DNA from: a virus
Lineage: Duplodnaviria; Caudoviricetes
Reading direction: 5' to 3' (one strand)
Length of the DNA: 64,000 bases
Virus record (IMG/VR): IMGVR_UViG_3300042275_000518
Location: 1-64,000 of that record
Shown: in pieces, positions 20,682 through 29,988 of the stretch
Position numbering within the stretch: position 1 is the first letter of the stretch
How the letters are laid out: each line of letters begins with the position of its first letter
Notes under the pieces: generated by a model
What the model saw: only the letters and a program-made list of their open reading frames with translations
Databases searched by the model: none
Told to the model about the DNA's origin: nothing
Translations under genes and position numbers: made by a program

Positions 20682-21692
20682 TTATTTTAGATTTATAACA
20701 GCAATACTGTTTGGCGAGAATATTTCTGTCGAAAGTCTTCTCTCTACCATGAGAGATGGAAGTGTTGGATTATTTCTATCAATATAAGCTGTTTCTATTC
20801 TAAGCGAGTAAAGATAAGTTGATATAGTTTTGCTTTCAACTTTTGATGTCATAAATGTGACTAATATTTCATCATCAGCCATAGCCTCTGAAATTACAAG
20901 GGACACCGTTTCTTCTTCAGATAGTTTTTGCGGTATCTTCTTAGAAGTCTCTTCATTTGAAATTATAAAGAAAGTACCTTTTGGTAAATATGTTTTATCC
21001 TTAATCTCTGTAAACACTGAATCCAGATGTTCAGTTGAAAGTTTACTAAAAGTCTTTTTTGTTCGAGCAGATTCCATAAGTTGGAATACTACATCTAATT
21101 CTAATTTCTGAATAGCAATTGAAGATAGTTGCTCTATAATTTCAGTGGTGTCTGTCCCTGATACAATTTCAATAGGAAGTGGCATGTTTAGATGTGTACC
21201 AACTAATTCTATATTTCTTCTTTTAATATCAAATACTATGTTTCTTAGATCTTCCAATTGAGTAATATCATCATTAACTGAGACTTTTCTAGAAAAATCA
21301 TCAGAAGCTAGACATATATCCATAAATGACACTGCAAATCTAGGTGATTTAGCTAGTTCTAATCCAATAGCATTTTTTAAAGATAGTTTTTTCCAGACAT
21401 TCTTAGCAACACTCAAAGATATTTCTGAAAGAAATTTGCTACCAGGGAAAAATATAAGCTTTGTATTTTCTTTGTGTATATTTTTTAGCAGTTGAAGTAA
21501 ATCTGGATCACCTTCTGCTATCCCTTTAAGATATTTATCTAATTTGTGCCCATATTCTAGTGGATACGATAATATCTTTTCGTATGTTGTCATACCTTTT
21601 GCATTGTGTTTTCTTATCCTCTTAGCTCTTCTAAACTCTTTTTTTAAAGGGTCTCGTTTAAATAAGAGTATAAACATTTTAAAAATATTCAT
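20682..21692 (-). CDS. Hypothetical protein; C-terminal half possibly a degenerate major capsid paralog
   Basis: C-terminus TYLYSL..YIDRNNPTLPSLMVERR..FSPNSIAVINL recalls jumbo-phage capsid C-termini (weak, from memory). Confidence 0.4.
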   Translation of the reverse strand: MNIFKMFILLFKRDPLKKEFRRAKRIRKHNAKGMTTYEKILSYPLEYGHKLDKYLKGIAEGDPDLLQLLKNIHKENTKLIFFPGSKFLSEISLSVAKNVWKKLSLKNAIGLELAKSPRFAVSFMDICLASDDFSRKVSVNDDITQLEDLRNIVFDIKRRNIELVGTHLNMPLPIEIVSGTDTTEIIEQLSSIAIQKLELDVVFQLMESARTKKTFSKLSTEHLDSVFTEIKDKTYLPKGTFFIISNEETSKKIPQKLSEEETVSLVISEAMADDEILVTFMTSKVESKTISTYLYSLRIETAYIDRNNPTLPSLMVERRLSTEIFSPNSIAVINLK

Positions 21693-21771
21693 AGTTTCTC
21701 TCCTTTTAATGGTTATTTAATAATAAACTGTTATTTCCTATTTAAAATAAAAAAGAGAAATTATCTCTTTT

Positions 21772-23619
21772 TTATTTTTTAACTTGGTCATTTACACTAA
21801 GATTTAGTGTTATCATTTGATTACTTGTTGCCATAATACCAATAATTGATACAACACTTCTAAGAATTTGAATATCAGTATCAACACTATTTATGACATT
21901 TGTTTCATTCATTTTTTCATATGTGTGTTTTTTAAGATTATAGAAAAGGTCTTCTTTGAGACATTTTTCGATAACTTCATCAACTTGTTCCTCATTAAAA
22001 TAACTATTGCTCAGAACATGATAATAACTTTCTAAGAATGCATTTTGAACTAGTTCAATAAAGTCCTTAAAAAACATTTCTTTGTCTAGGACAGGAATAT
22101 ATTCATATTTATCCATTAATTGTTTCATTAACTCACTATCTCTCCAAGAAACTTCTTTACCTTTTTTATTCGGATAATTCTTGATATAGCTTAGTGATTC
22201 TCTAAGAATTCTTGGAATCATCATATTGCCGCCAGATATAACTCCGTATTTAATTGCAGATTTAGAAGCCAAAATAGCATCTTCTAATAATCTTTCTCTT
22301 GTCATACGTTCAGTCATGCTCTTACCTGCAACATGAATAATTGCTGTTGAGTCTGTTAAAGATGATAATCTTCTACGGAAAATATACTTATCAAACTCAT
22401 CTTCTCGTGTTGGATTCTCTAAATCTAACTTTTTCTGCAATTTTTCACGAATTTCTGCAATTGCTTCGTCTTTTCTTTGCTTATGCTCATCACTTCTGTC
22501 CTTGCCAATGATTTGAGTATTCTTTTTAGTGACGATAACTTTTTCAGCACGTCCCAAGAATGCTTCTGGATCGGCTAGAATTTCAGCAGGTTTATTTTTA
22601 AACTTGTCATAAACTTTACAGTCCAATAATATTCCAAGATCTTCGAGTGTATATCTTCCACTCTCAGTCACTTGTTCGATATCTACAACAGTAAAAGTTA
22701 ACTCAGTTTTCTTAGCTGTTCCTAGATGTTGAGTTCTATTTAATTTGAAGAAATTTCTAACATCATCATCATAGTCATTAGCAACGATTAATAATTCTGC
22801 TTTTTCTCGACCACATGCTTGGCCAATCATTGGTGACAAAATAGGCTCAATATCATTATACGTTAGTTGAGACTTCGTTAAAAATATTCTTGGCTCTTGG
22901 TCATGAATGATTTTCTTGCCTTCATAACCTTTTGCAAAGTATTCATCGATATAACCACGTTCCCACTCAATTCCTTGTTTAATTTCATATTCATCAGCTT
23001 CTTTCTTCTCCATAATATCTGTGGAAATAAAGCCGAATTCTCCGATTTTATCGTATATTTCTTTAATAAGTTTACCAGTTTTTTCATCATTATTGGTTGC
23101 AATCATTGCAACTGTTTCGATCTCTCTTAAATCATCAGAGACTGGCAGTGCTTGTTCTTTAAGTTGTTTTTCAAGATATTCAGCAATATCGTTTAGAATA
23201 TCCAGAACATCTTTTGGTGCAACTTTATCAAACAATCTCATTTCTGAATCTGTTAGTTCACTATACATTGAGTTTGCAACAACGATAGCCGATGTTGAAC
23301 CATCACCAACAGATAATACTTGTGAACTTGCAACTTGACGAACCATATCTAATACAGTACGAGAAACCTCTTCGTTAAAAGAGATCTTGTTCATTAAATC
23401 ATATCCATCCTTAGTTGCAAAATGTTTCATTTCTCTATCTTGAATAATAGTAGTTGTACCATAAGGTCCAAGTGTTCCTACTAGAATTTTTGCAATGATT
23501 TGCAGTGTTGCCCTAATTTTTGCTTTGGTATTTTTCTCTTCCACAACGTTCGTTAAAAACGTATAATTAATACCATTCTCTTCACATATCTCTATATTTG
23601 TTTTGTCTCTTAACTTCAT
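21772..23619 (-). CDS. GroEL-like phage chaperonin
   Basis: GTLGPYG, TKDGY, VGDGSTSA, EDAILA..GVISGG motifs. Confidence 0.92.
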   Translation of the reverse strand: MKLRDKTNIEICEENGINYTFLTNVVEEKNTKAKIRATLQIIAKILVGTLGPYGTTTIIQDREMKHFATKDGYDLMNKISFNEEVSRTVLDMVRQVASSQVLSVGDGSTSAIVVANSMYSELTDSEMRLFDKVAPKDVLDILNDIAEYLEKQLKEQALPVSDDLREIETVAMIATNNDEKTGKLIKEIYDKIGEFGFISTDIMEKKEADEYEIKQGIEWERGYIDEYFAKGYEGKKIIHDQEPRIFLTKSQLTYNDIEPILSPMIGQACGREKAELLIVANDYDDDVRNFFKLNRTQHLGTAKKTELTFTVVDIEQVTESGRYTLEDLGILLDCKVYDKFKNKPAEILADPEAFLGRAEKVIVTKKNTQIIGKDRSDEHKQRKDEAIAEIREKLQKKLDLENPTREDEFDKYIFRRRLSSLTDSTAIIHVAGKSMTERMTRERLLEDAILASKSAIKYGVISGGNMMIPRILRESLSYIKNYPNKKGKEVSWRDSELMKQLMDKYEYIPVLDKEMFFKDFIELVQNAFLESYYHVLSNSYFNEEQVDEVIEKCLKEDLFYNLKKHTYEKMNETNVINSVDTDIQILRSVVSIIGIMATSNQMITLNLSVNDQVKK

Positions 23620-23634
23620 TATATTCTCTCCTTA

Positions 23635-23988
23635 TTAGAATAAGTAAAATGTTAAAACGTCGTCTTCTAATAAAACGTTCTCACACAGATTACTCATAAT
23701 TTCTTTAATCTTCTCTTGAACTTCATCTTCGAGAAACAAAGATGATTTTACTTTGAAGACCTTCATCTCGTTCTCTTTGTCTGTTGCCGAGACACCCAAT
23801 TTTTCAACCGTATATTTACCTTTAAATGAGGGGAGGAATTCAACTTGTTTAAGTGGGATTGCTAATTTCAAAGCATTCATAAAATTATATAAGTTGGATA
23901 TAAAACCAATACCCTCCATATAATTCTCTGCATTGACTTCAGCGTCATCTGATATTCTCGTTATGACACTACATGCTTTAATTAACAT
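23635..23988 (-). CDS. Hypothetical protein
   Basis: 117 aa, AGGAGG RBS. Confidence 0.55.
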   Translation of the reverse strand: MLIKACSVITRISDDAEVNAENYMEGIGFISNLYNFMNALKLAIPLKQVEFLPSFKGKYTVEKLGVSATDKENEMKVFKVKSSLFLEDEVQEKIKEIMSNLCENVLLEDDVLTFYLF

Positions 23989-24002
23989 AATATCATCCTC
24001 CT

Positions 24003-24284
24003 TTATCTAGGTCTGTTTTTTCTATTAACTTCTTCATTTATTTTTTGTTTGGCAGTTCTAAGGTGGTTAAGCAAAGGAATTTCTAAATTTAATATTTCTG
24101 AAAGAGATAGTTTACCGTCAAATAAATCGAGCATATAAACTACCTCTAACATTTTTTCGTCAATAGTAGATTGCAAACGTAAAAAGTTTTCCTCTACTTT
24201 GTTTAGTTTTTCCTGAGCTTCTTCCCTAGTATCCGTTTCTTTAATTATTGGGCTTTCTCGAAGATCAGTGTAAAAAGTAAATTT
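24003..24284 (-). CDS. Putative -1 frameshift extension (91 codons) of the gp26-like gene
   Basis: Slippery heptamer A AAT TTA at 24284-24278; -1 frame open to TAA at 24003-24005 with no upstream RBS/start of its own. Confidence 0.55.
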   Translation of the reverse strand, partial: KFTFYTDLRESPIIKETDTREEAQEKLNKVEENFLRLQSTIDEKMLEVVYMLDLFDGKLSLSEILNLEIPLLNHLRTAKQKINEEVNRKNRPR

Positions 24285-25597
24285 TCAATTGAGATTGGGA
24301 TATCTTTAACTTCTTGTCCGCATTCAACACATTTAATATTTTTTAGAGAGTATGTAATTCTGTTTTCGTCAACTCTTTCGTCAACTGCATCTTTAAACTC
24401 ATTTGCGTCATCGATTGGAAGGTTGTCAATGATACGTAAAATTGATGATTTACTATTTTCTTCATAATATCCAGATTCATCTTTTGCTGGAATATATACT
24501 TTATTAACATATAACATGTAAACGATACTTTCAGCATCTCTATTGATAGTCTTTTCTGGAACTGTACGAAGAATTTCTAACAAGTCAAATAAACTTGGAG
24601 TTCTTAGTTCAACGATTAGTCCACTATCGCCAAGTTGAATTGCCTGAGTTTTACCAATAAGTGAAAACTCTTTCATTTTTTCCATAGTATTTGCATCTCT
24701 TGAAACTTTTGCAATAAGTTCTTTCATTTTATCTTTATCAGTTGTTTTGATAAGATTTCCATGACTAACCTTATAATCATGTTCAGCTCCACAATGAGGA
24801 CAAGTATATCTAAATGAACCTTCATTTGGGAATGTTGATGCATATAAACCATAGTAGAATGTTTCGATATCTTCTACTGATGTATTACGTAACCATTGTT
24901 CAAAACTCATTTTGCCGACTGATGTGTCATGAATCTTGTCCCAGATTACTCTGTATAAACTCTTTTGATGTTCAAATCTATTAACATTTTCACGAAGAAT
25001 ATTAATAATATCTTTATGAACAAGTGGTAGAACCTTTGCCATATAACCAGATTGAGCAGCAACAATTTGGTAAGCCGCTTTATTTCCGTATAATGCATTT
25101 CTAAGGTCTCTTTCTTTGTCCATTTCTGTTTTATTGATAACGTGAAGACTCTCTAAATCAATAACCTTAGCTCTACGTTTTGGAGTTTCCTCTTCTGCGT
25201 CTTCTAGTAGTTCATCAATCATAGTTTCTTCTTTTAAATCTTCAAAGTAATCAACTTCTACTTCTTTTTCGATGCTTTCATCTTCAACCAATGGTGGAAG
25301 GTCATCATCTTCACTAAGGTTCTCGTCAAGTAATTTTTTTGCTAGTTTGAAAGTTTTAGTTTCCTCAGGTTCCTTAACCTCAGCAACTTCTTCTACTTCT
25401 TCTGAAACGATAGACTCTTCAATCGTTTCAATTTGTGTCGATTCTTCTTGAACCGTTTCTTTTTCTTCACCTAATTTAATAGTAGGTGGTAATTCTTTCA
25501 TCATTTCTGCTTCTCTTTTAGCTAATTCGATACTATCGAATGATTCGCCTTCACTAAGATAAACAGTTTGTCCTGGTACTAATTTTTTATCTGCCAT
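24245..25597 (-). CDS. Baseplate hub / tail assembly chaperone (T4 gp26-like) with acidic N-terminal extension
   Basis: YTCPHCG and KCVECG zinc ribbons, ELRTPS, ends ..IPISIENLLF; adjacent to gp25-like gene. Confidence 0.65.
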   Translation of the reverse strand: MADKKLVPGQTVYLSEGESFDSIELAKREAEMMKELPPTIKLGEEKETVQEESTQIETIEESIVSEEVEEVAEVKEPEETKTFKLAKKLLDENLSEDDDLPPLVEDESIEKEVEVDYFEDLKEETMIDELLEDAEEETPKRRAKVIDLESLHVINKTEMDKERDLRNALYGNKAAYQIVAAQSGYMAKVLPLVHKDIINILRENVNRFEHQKSLYRVIWDKIHDTSVGKMSFEQWLRNTSVEDIETFYYGLYASTFPNEGSFRYTCPHCGAEHDYKVSHGNLIKTTDKDKMKELIAKVSRDANTMEKMKEFSLIGKTQAIQLGDSGLIVELRTPSLFDLLEILRTVPEKTINRDAESIVYMLYVNKVYIPAKDESGYYEENSKSSILRIIDNLPIDDANEFKDAVDERVDENRITYSLKNIKCVECGQEVKDIPISIENLLFTLIFEKAQ

Positions 25598-25620
25598 AAT
25601 TTATCTTCTCTCCTTCATAG

Positions 25621-26040
25621 TTAGTGTGTTTCATTTAGTATTGCTATTTCTCCATTTTTTTCATACAATAAAAAACTACTTGATATTGACTCTGCATTGA
25701 TTTTTGATGCTATTGAAATACCTAGCATATTTCTTCCTTCATTTACTACTCCTGATTCGTCATTGACAATTTCTACACTTATACTCACAGAACTAATATC
25801 TGGAATATACTCTGCAATGTGTCGTGACAATTCAGCCTTAATCGCTTCAATTTGAACGTCATCTAATAAATCGAACTGATACTTTTCTATATTCATCCCA
25901 AAGGCTGGAGTAAATGGAAAATTACCCTGTCTGGAAAGTAGAATATTTCTTATAGCTAAGATAATAGCCGAAGTATCTGTATACTCTTCTGCTTTAATAA
26001 AATTACTTTGCTGAAACATAAAATCCCTGTATTTTGCCAT
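25621..26040 (-). CDS. Baseplate wedge subunit (gp25/gpW-like)
   Basis: AIRNILLSRQGNFPFTPAFGMNIEKYQF matches the gp25 pattern; late promoter at 26064-26075. Confidence 0.8.
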   Translation of the reverse strand: MAKYRDFMFQQSNFIKAEEYTDTSAIILAIRNILLSRQGNFPFTPAFGMNIEKYQFDLLDDVQIEAIKAELSRHIAEYIPDISSVSISVEIVNDESGVVNEGRNMLGISIASKINAESISSSFLLYEKNGEIAILNETH

Positions 26041-26162
26041 AATAAACTCCTTCCTTTTTAGTATAATTATATGTTAACAGCATTATTTTATTTTAAAAGT
26101 TAAGAAGTTATATAATAATAAGTGAACAATTAATTATATGAATAATTCTAAGGAGTGATATT

Positions 26163-26645
26163 ATGGCACTATTTAAAAAACTTAATGAACAAATGGAAGT
26201 TTCTAAGATTAAGAGGGACAATGAAATCTCTTTAGAAGAGAGAGAATTAATAGAAAATGAAATAATATTCAATAATCTTGTAGAATCTCTTGAAAGAAAT
26301 CAAGATATTGTTGCAATGTATGGTGAGCATTTCAAGAAAGAGAAAACTAAAAAGAAACTAAAAGAAACAAAAGTAGTTTCTGCTAATGGTGAACCTTTAG
26401 AAATGAGACAAGCTATGGATTATATAACGCCATCTGGAGAAATAACAGATGAGGGCAGAGAAGCTGAAAAAGCAGGTAAAGTGAAATTTGTTACAGAAGA
26501 CCTCGATCCAGAAGCAATGGACAACCCAGAAGATGAAAAACAAGTGGAAGATTTTGACCAGAAAGAAACAGGGGCTACAGAAGAAAAAGAAGAACAATTC
26601 GAAGATAAAACCGAAGACATTGTAGTCGCTGTAGAAAAAGGGTAG
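26163..26645 (+). CDS. Acidic hypothetical protein, possible internal head protein
   Basis: Late promoter at 26125-26136; repeated L/I-x-E motifs. Confidence 0.5.
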   Translation: MALFKKLNEQMEVSKIKRDNEISLEERELIENEIIFNNLVESLERNQDIVAMYGEHFKKEKTKKKLKETKVVSANGEPLEMRQAMDYITPSGEITDEGREAEKAGKVKFVTEDLDPEAMDNPEDEKQVEDFDQKETGATEEKEEQFEDKTEDIVVAVEKG

Positions 26646-26653
26646 GTGATATT

Positions 26654-27337
26654 ATGAAAGCTTTAAATGAAAAGAAATTAGATTTGATGAATGAAGAAGA
26701 AAAAGTTGAGTATAATATAGCTGTTTCTGACTATGATATAACACTTGCTTATATTGAAAGTGAGGAAGACCTAACTGCTAAAACAATCAACTATATTGAG
26801 AGACAAATTCGTAATTCTTATGAGTATCGTGCCTATGTGCAGTATCTTAAGAATGAATTAGATTTAACTCAATGTGCACTTCTTCCAAATATTGACACTA
26901 AAGAAATTAATGTGTCACTAGAATTTCATCATTTCCCTTTAACTCTATTTGATATAACAGAGACTGTTGCCAAAAGCATGCTTAAATATGCAACTGGTAA
27001 GCCAGTATCTACAATGGATATCGCTGAAACAGTTGTTGGTGAGCATTATAGAAATACAATCGGACTTGTTCCATTAACTGCAACTCTTCATGAAATGGCA
27101 CATAACAATGCAATTGTTATCCCAATGAATAAAGTAAATGGCGAATATAGAGAATTCATCCGTGAGTATGGACTATTCCTTGGTGAAGATAAATTAGAAA
27201 AAATAAACGTTATCGAAGCGTATAATAATCGTGAAGATGCTTTAGCTTATAATAAAGAAAAGCTAAGAAAACGTATAGTCAATTATAATATTGAATACGT
27301 TAAAGAAGGAGATGAAGGGGATGTACAAGAAACTTAA
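26654..27337 (+). CDS. Hypothetical protein with HNH-like His motifs
   Basis: LEFHHFPLTLFDI...GLVPLTATLHEMAH. Confidence 0.5.
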   Translation: MKALNEKKLDLMNEEEKVEYNIAVSDYDITLAYIESEEDLTAKTINYIERQIRNSYEYRAYVQYLKNELDLTQCALLPNIDTKEINVSLEFHHFPLTLFDITETVAKSMLKYATGKPVSTMDIAETVVGEHYRNTIGLVPLTATLHEMAHNNAIVIPMNKVNGEYREFIREYGLFLGEDKLEKINVIEAYNNREDALAYNKEKLRKRIVNYNIEYVKEGDEGDVQET

Positions 27338-27947
27338 AGAACAGATTTCTCAAAATAAAGAGAAGTATATTAAGTTATCAGAACAATCTGAATATGAAAA
27401 AGAAACATCTTCTCTTACTAAAATTCTTGAAGAAATCGATAAGACTGTCAGAGGTGGACTTGCCGATACTCATACAGTAGAAAGCATTGCTAAAAAACAT
27501 GGTGTGAGTGTTAAAGATATCGAAAAAGAAATTGAAATAGGCAAAAAAATTGAAATGGAACATACTAACAGCAAAGAAGAAGCTGTAAGAATTTCAATGG
27601 ACCATTTAGTAGAATTTCCAGATTATTATACAAGACTTGTTAAGATGGAAAAAGAAGCTGAGGCTGAGTTGAAAGAATATTACCAACTATATGAAGAAAT
27701 TCTAGCTGAAGAACAACTACCTGACAACCCTGAATATGGTTTACCTGACGACAAAGCTTATCCTTTATATGATAAAGTTCATGTTTTAGCCGCAATTAAA
27801 TTATTTGCACACGTTTCTCCACTAAAAGAGAAGAAACTTGCTAAAGCAATTATAAGAAAAATGCGTTACTATGGAATGAGAAAAAGCAATGTTGGTGAAG
27901 GAAACAAATTAAAAAAATATGTAGATGAAAGCAATCTACCAGAATAA
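27321..27947 (+). CDS. DUF5661-like domain protein
   Basis: EIGKKIEMEHT..AVRISMDHLVEFPDYYTRL; C-terminal YGLPDDKAYPLYDKVHV motif. Confidence 0.6.
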   Translation: MYKKLKEQISQNKEKYIKLSEQSEYEKETSSLTKILEEIDKTVRGGLADTHTVESIAKKHGVSVKDIEKEIEIGKKIEMEHTNSKEEAVRISMDHLVEFPDYYTRLVKMEKEAEAELKEYYQLYEEILAEEQLPDNPEYGLPDDKAYPLYDKVHVLAAIKLFAHVSPLKEKKLAKAIIRKMRYYGMRKSNVGEGNKLKKYVDESNLPE

Positions 27948-27964
27948 AAAAAGATAACCAATGG

Positions 27965-28123
27965 TTATCTTTTCTTTTTGTTGTAAGCTTTCTTTGGTTT
28001 GTACTCAAAATTCATATTTTGAGTTTCAAAGAATTTTCGAAGATTATGTTTCTCCTTCGAATTTTTTTGTCTTTCTTTGACTGTGGTCGTATCATAACGA
28101 CTATCTTTGAAAGTTTTTCCCAT
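27965..28123 (-). CDS. 52-aa basic protein missed by ORF track (MGKTFKDSRYD...)
   Basis: AGGAGG RBS, early promoter at 28152-28160, stop inside terminator. Confidence 0.65.
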   Translation of the reverse strand: MGKTFKDSRYDTTTVKERQKNSKEKHNLRKFFETQNMNFEYKPKKAYNKKKR

Positions 28124-28203
28124 ACTAAATTCCTCCTATTCTTTCTATATTTATAATATATAAATAAATAATTAGAAAAAACAAAAAAGATAAACCCGAA
28201 GGT

Positions 28204-29901
28204 TTATCTTTCTATCTTCATTTCATAAACCAAATTCCCACAATCCCAAATTCTTGAATAGTTTGTTTTGTCCATAATTTGAAATTCTGTTAAATTTTTA
28301 TTATAATACTCTGGGAATTTTTCTTCTAATATATTTTTTCTGAAGTTAAATCTGTGATATCTAATGTTATTATATGAATAGTAATAATTCGGTTTGCTAA
28401 TATGTGATAATATAAAACTATTTGTTTCATAAACATTATTTTCAAAATCTGACCATCTTAAGTCTGCAAATGTTTTTATATGATTAATATCATAATTTTT
28501 GATTGCATACTTTAGCATTTTTGAAAAACCACCCACAACGTTTTTAGATGTTGCGAATCTTGATAGTTCGTATTGACCTGGCTCTGATTTCCTTGAACCT
28601 AAAGATCTTCTTAGTTTTGTAAACGTCATAACCGCAACTAGCTCGCCATTATAGTACTCTCCTAATTTAATATTAGCTTGGTCCGAACCTTGAATATGAT
28701 ATTTTTCTAGAAACGGTGTTTTTTCTTTATTTGTGATTTCTTTGATAATAGTTTTTCTGGCATATATTTTTTTCTGGTTCGAAACATTTAGAATATGCTT
28801 TAACTTTGACTGAACTATTTCTTTTTTATTTATCCACTCATCTTCAAAAATATGGATCAGTCTTATACCCTTTTCTTTAAAGAAGTTAGTTTTATTTATA
28901 TGATAATTTTTGTCTTTATATTTATCTGAGTGCCAATATAAACCATCAAATTCTATACCAATCTTTAAGTCTGGAAGATATATATCTAGTTCTTGAAAGC
29001 TTTTATTTTCTCCATACCATCGTTTATTCTCTTCTATTTTGTTATTGTATACAGACTTTATAAAATTGAATACTTCTTTTTCCAGTTTGGAACTTTGAGG
29101 ATTACAATGTGGGCAACCTTTTCCAGATAAAATATTTGTTCTACTAATTTTATAAGGTTTTCCACAGATTTTGCATTTTACATCTAATAAACTATGCGTA
29201 TCTTTATACTCATTTGATATAATTTCTATATCAAAACTTCCTTCTTCTACTTCTCTCCTAACGCGTTCTATATCTATAAATTTACTATGTATCCCACATA
29301 TAGGACAATTCATATGGTTATTTTTATCCTTTTTACTCATAGCCCCATCAATTGATATTTTATAAACATGCCCACAGTCTTTATTTTTAACCAGATGTTT
29401 TTTATTTACATCTGTAAACTCTTCCATCAATTCTATATTATATCCTTTTCTTTTAAATCTCTCATTTATAATATCGTTATTATTATGAGTTCCTTGAGTA
29501 CAAATTGGACATTTTCCCCCAGAATTATTATCAATAAGGAATTCTGCCCTTTCTATTTTGTATTTATAACCGCATGAGTGTTCTATTTCTATTGGTTTTT
29601 TTCTTCCAAGATATTCAGAAACTGCGTTGTAATCACCTAAATATTTATTATTTAAGTAATTGTTGTATTCTTGCGTATTCTTAATTAATGCGTTTTCTCT
29701 TTTTCTTAAACATGAACACCTTTGTTCTTTTTTTATAAATTTATTAATAGAAACATCATATTCTTTTCCACATAAAAGGTGTTTAACTGTTATATACCTA
29801 TCTTTTTTTTCCACTTTGGACTCGCCAAGATATTCATAATCATCTAATTTTGAAAAATAATCTATTAAAAATGTCTCATTATATTTTTGCGGTGCAGCCA
29901 T
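28204..29901 (-). CDS. Free-standing homing endonuclease, Hef-like (zinc-ribbon repeats plus PD-(D/E)xK/DUF559 nuclease and GNAT-like C-terminus)
   Basis: Repeated H..CG / CP.C; ELDIYLPDLKIGIEFDGLYWHS; IHIFEDEW; YELSRFA; RIWDCG. Confidence 0.8.
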   Translation of the reverse strand: MAAPQKYNETFLIDYFSKLDDYEYLGESKVEKKDRYITVKHLLCGKEYDVSINKFIKKEQRCSCLRKRENALIKNTQEYNNYLNNKYLGDYNAVSEYLGRKKPIEIEHSCGYKYKIERAEFLIDNNSGGKCPICTQGTHNNNDIINERFKRKGYNIELMEEFTDVNKKHLVKNKDCGHVYKISIDGAMSKKDKNNHMNCPICGIHSKFIDIERVRREVEEGSFDIEIISNEYKDTHSLLDVKCKICGKPYKISRTNILSGKGCPHCNPQSSKLEKEVFNFIKSVYNNKIEENKRWYGENKSFQELDIYLPDLKIGIEFDGLYWHSDKYKDKNYHINKTNFFKEKGIRLIHIFEDEWINKKEIVQSKLKHILNVSNQKKIYARKTIIKEITNKEKTPFLEKYHIQGSDQANIKLGEYYNGELVAVMTFTKLRRSLGSRKSEPGQYELSRFATSKNVVGGFSKMLKYAIKNYDINHIKTFADLRWSDFENNVYETNSFILSHISKPNYYYSYNNIRYHRFNFRKNILEEKFPEYYNKNLTEFQIMDKTNYSRIWDCGNLVYEMKIER

Positions 29902-29988
29902 TTATATCCCTCTTTCATTGCAGTAATATTTTAATAAATAATTGTTAATTATTTTTTTAATAAAAAGGTAAATCATAACGATTTACCT

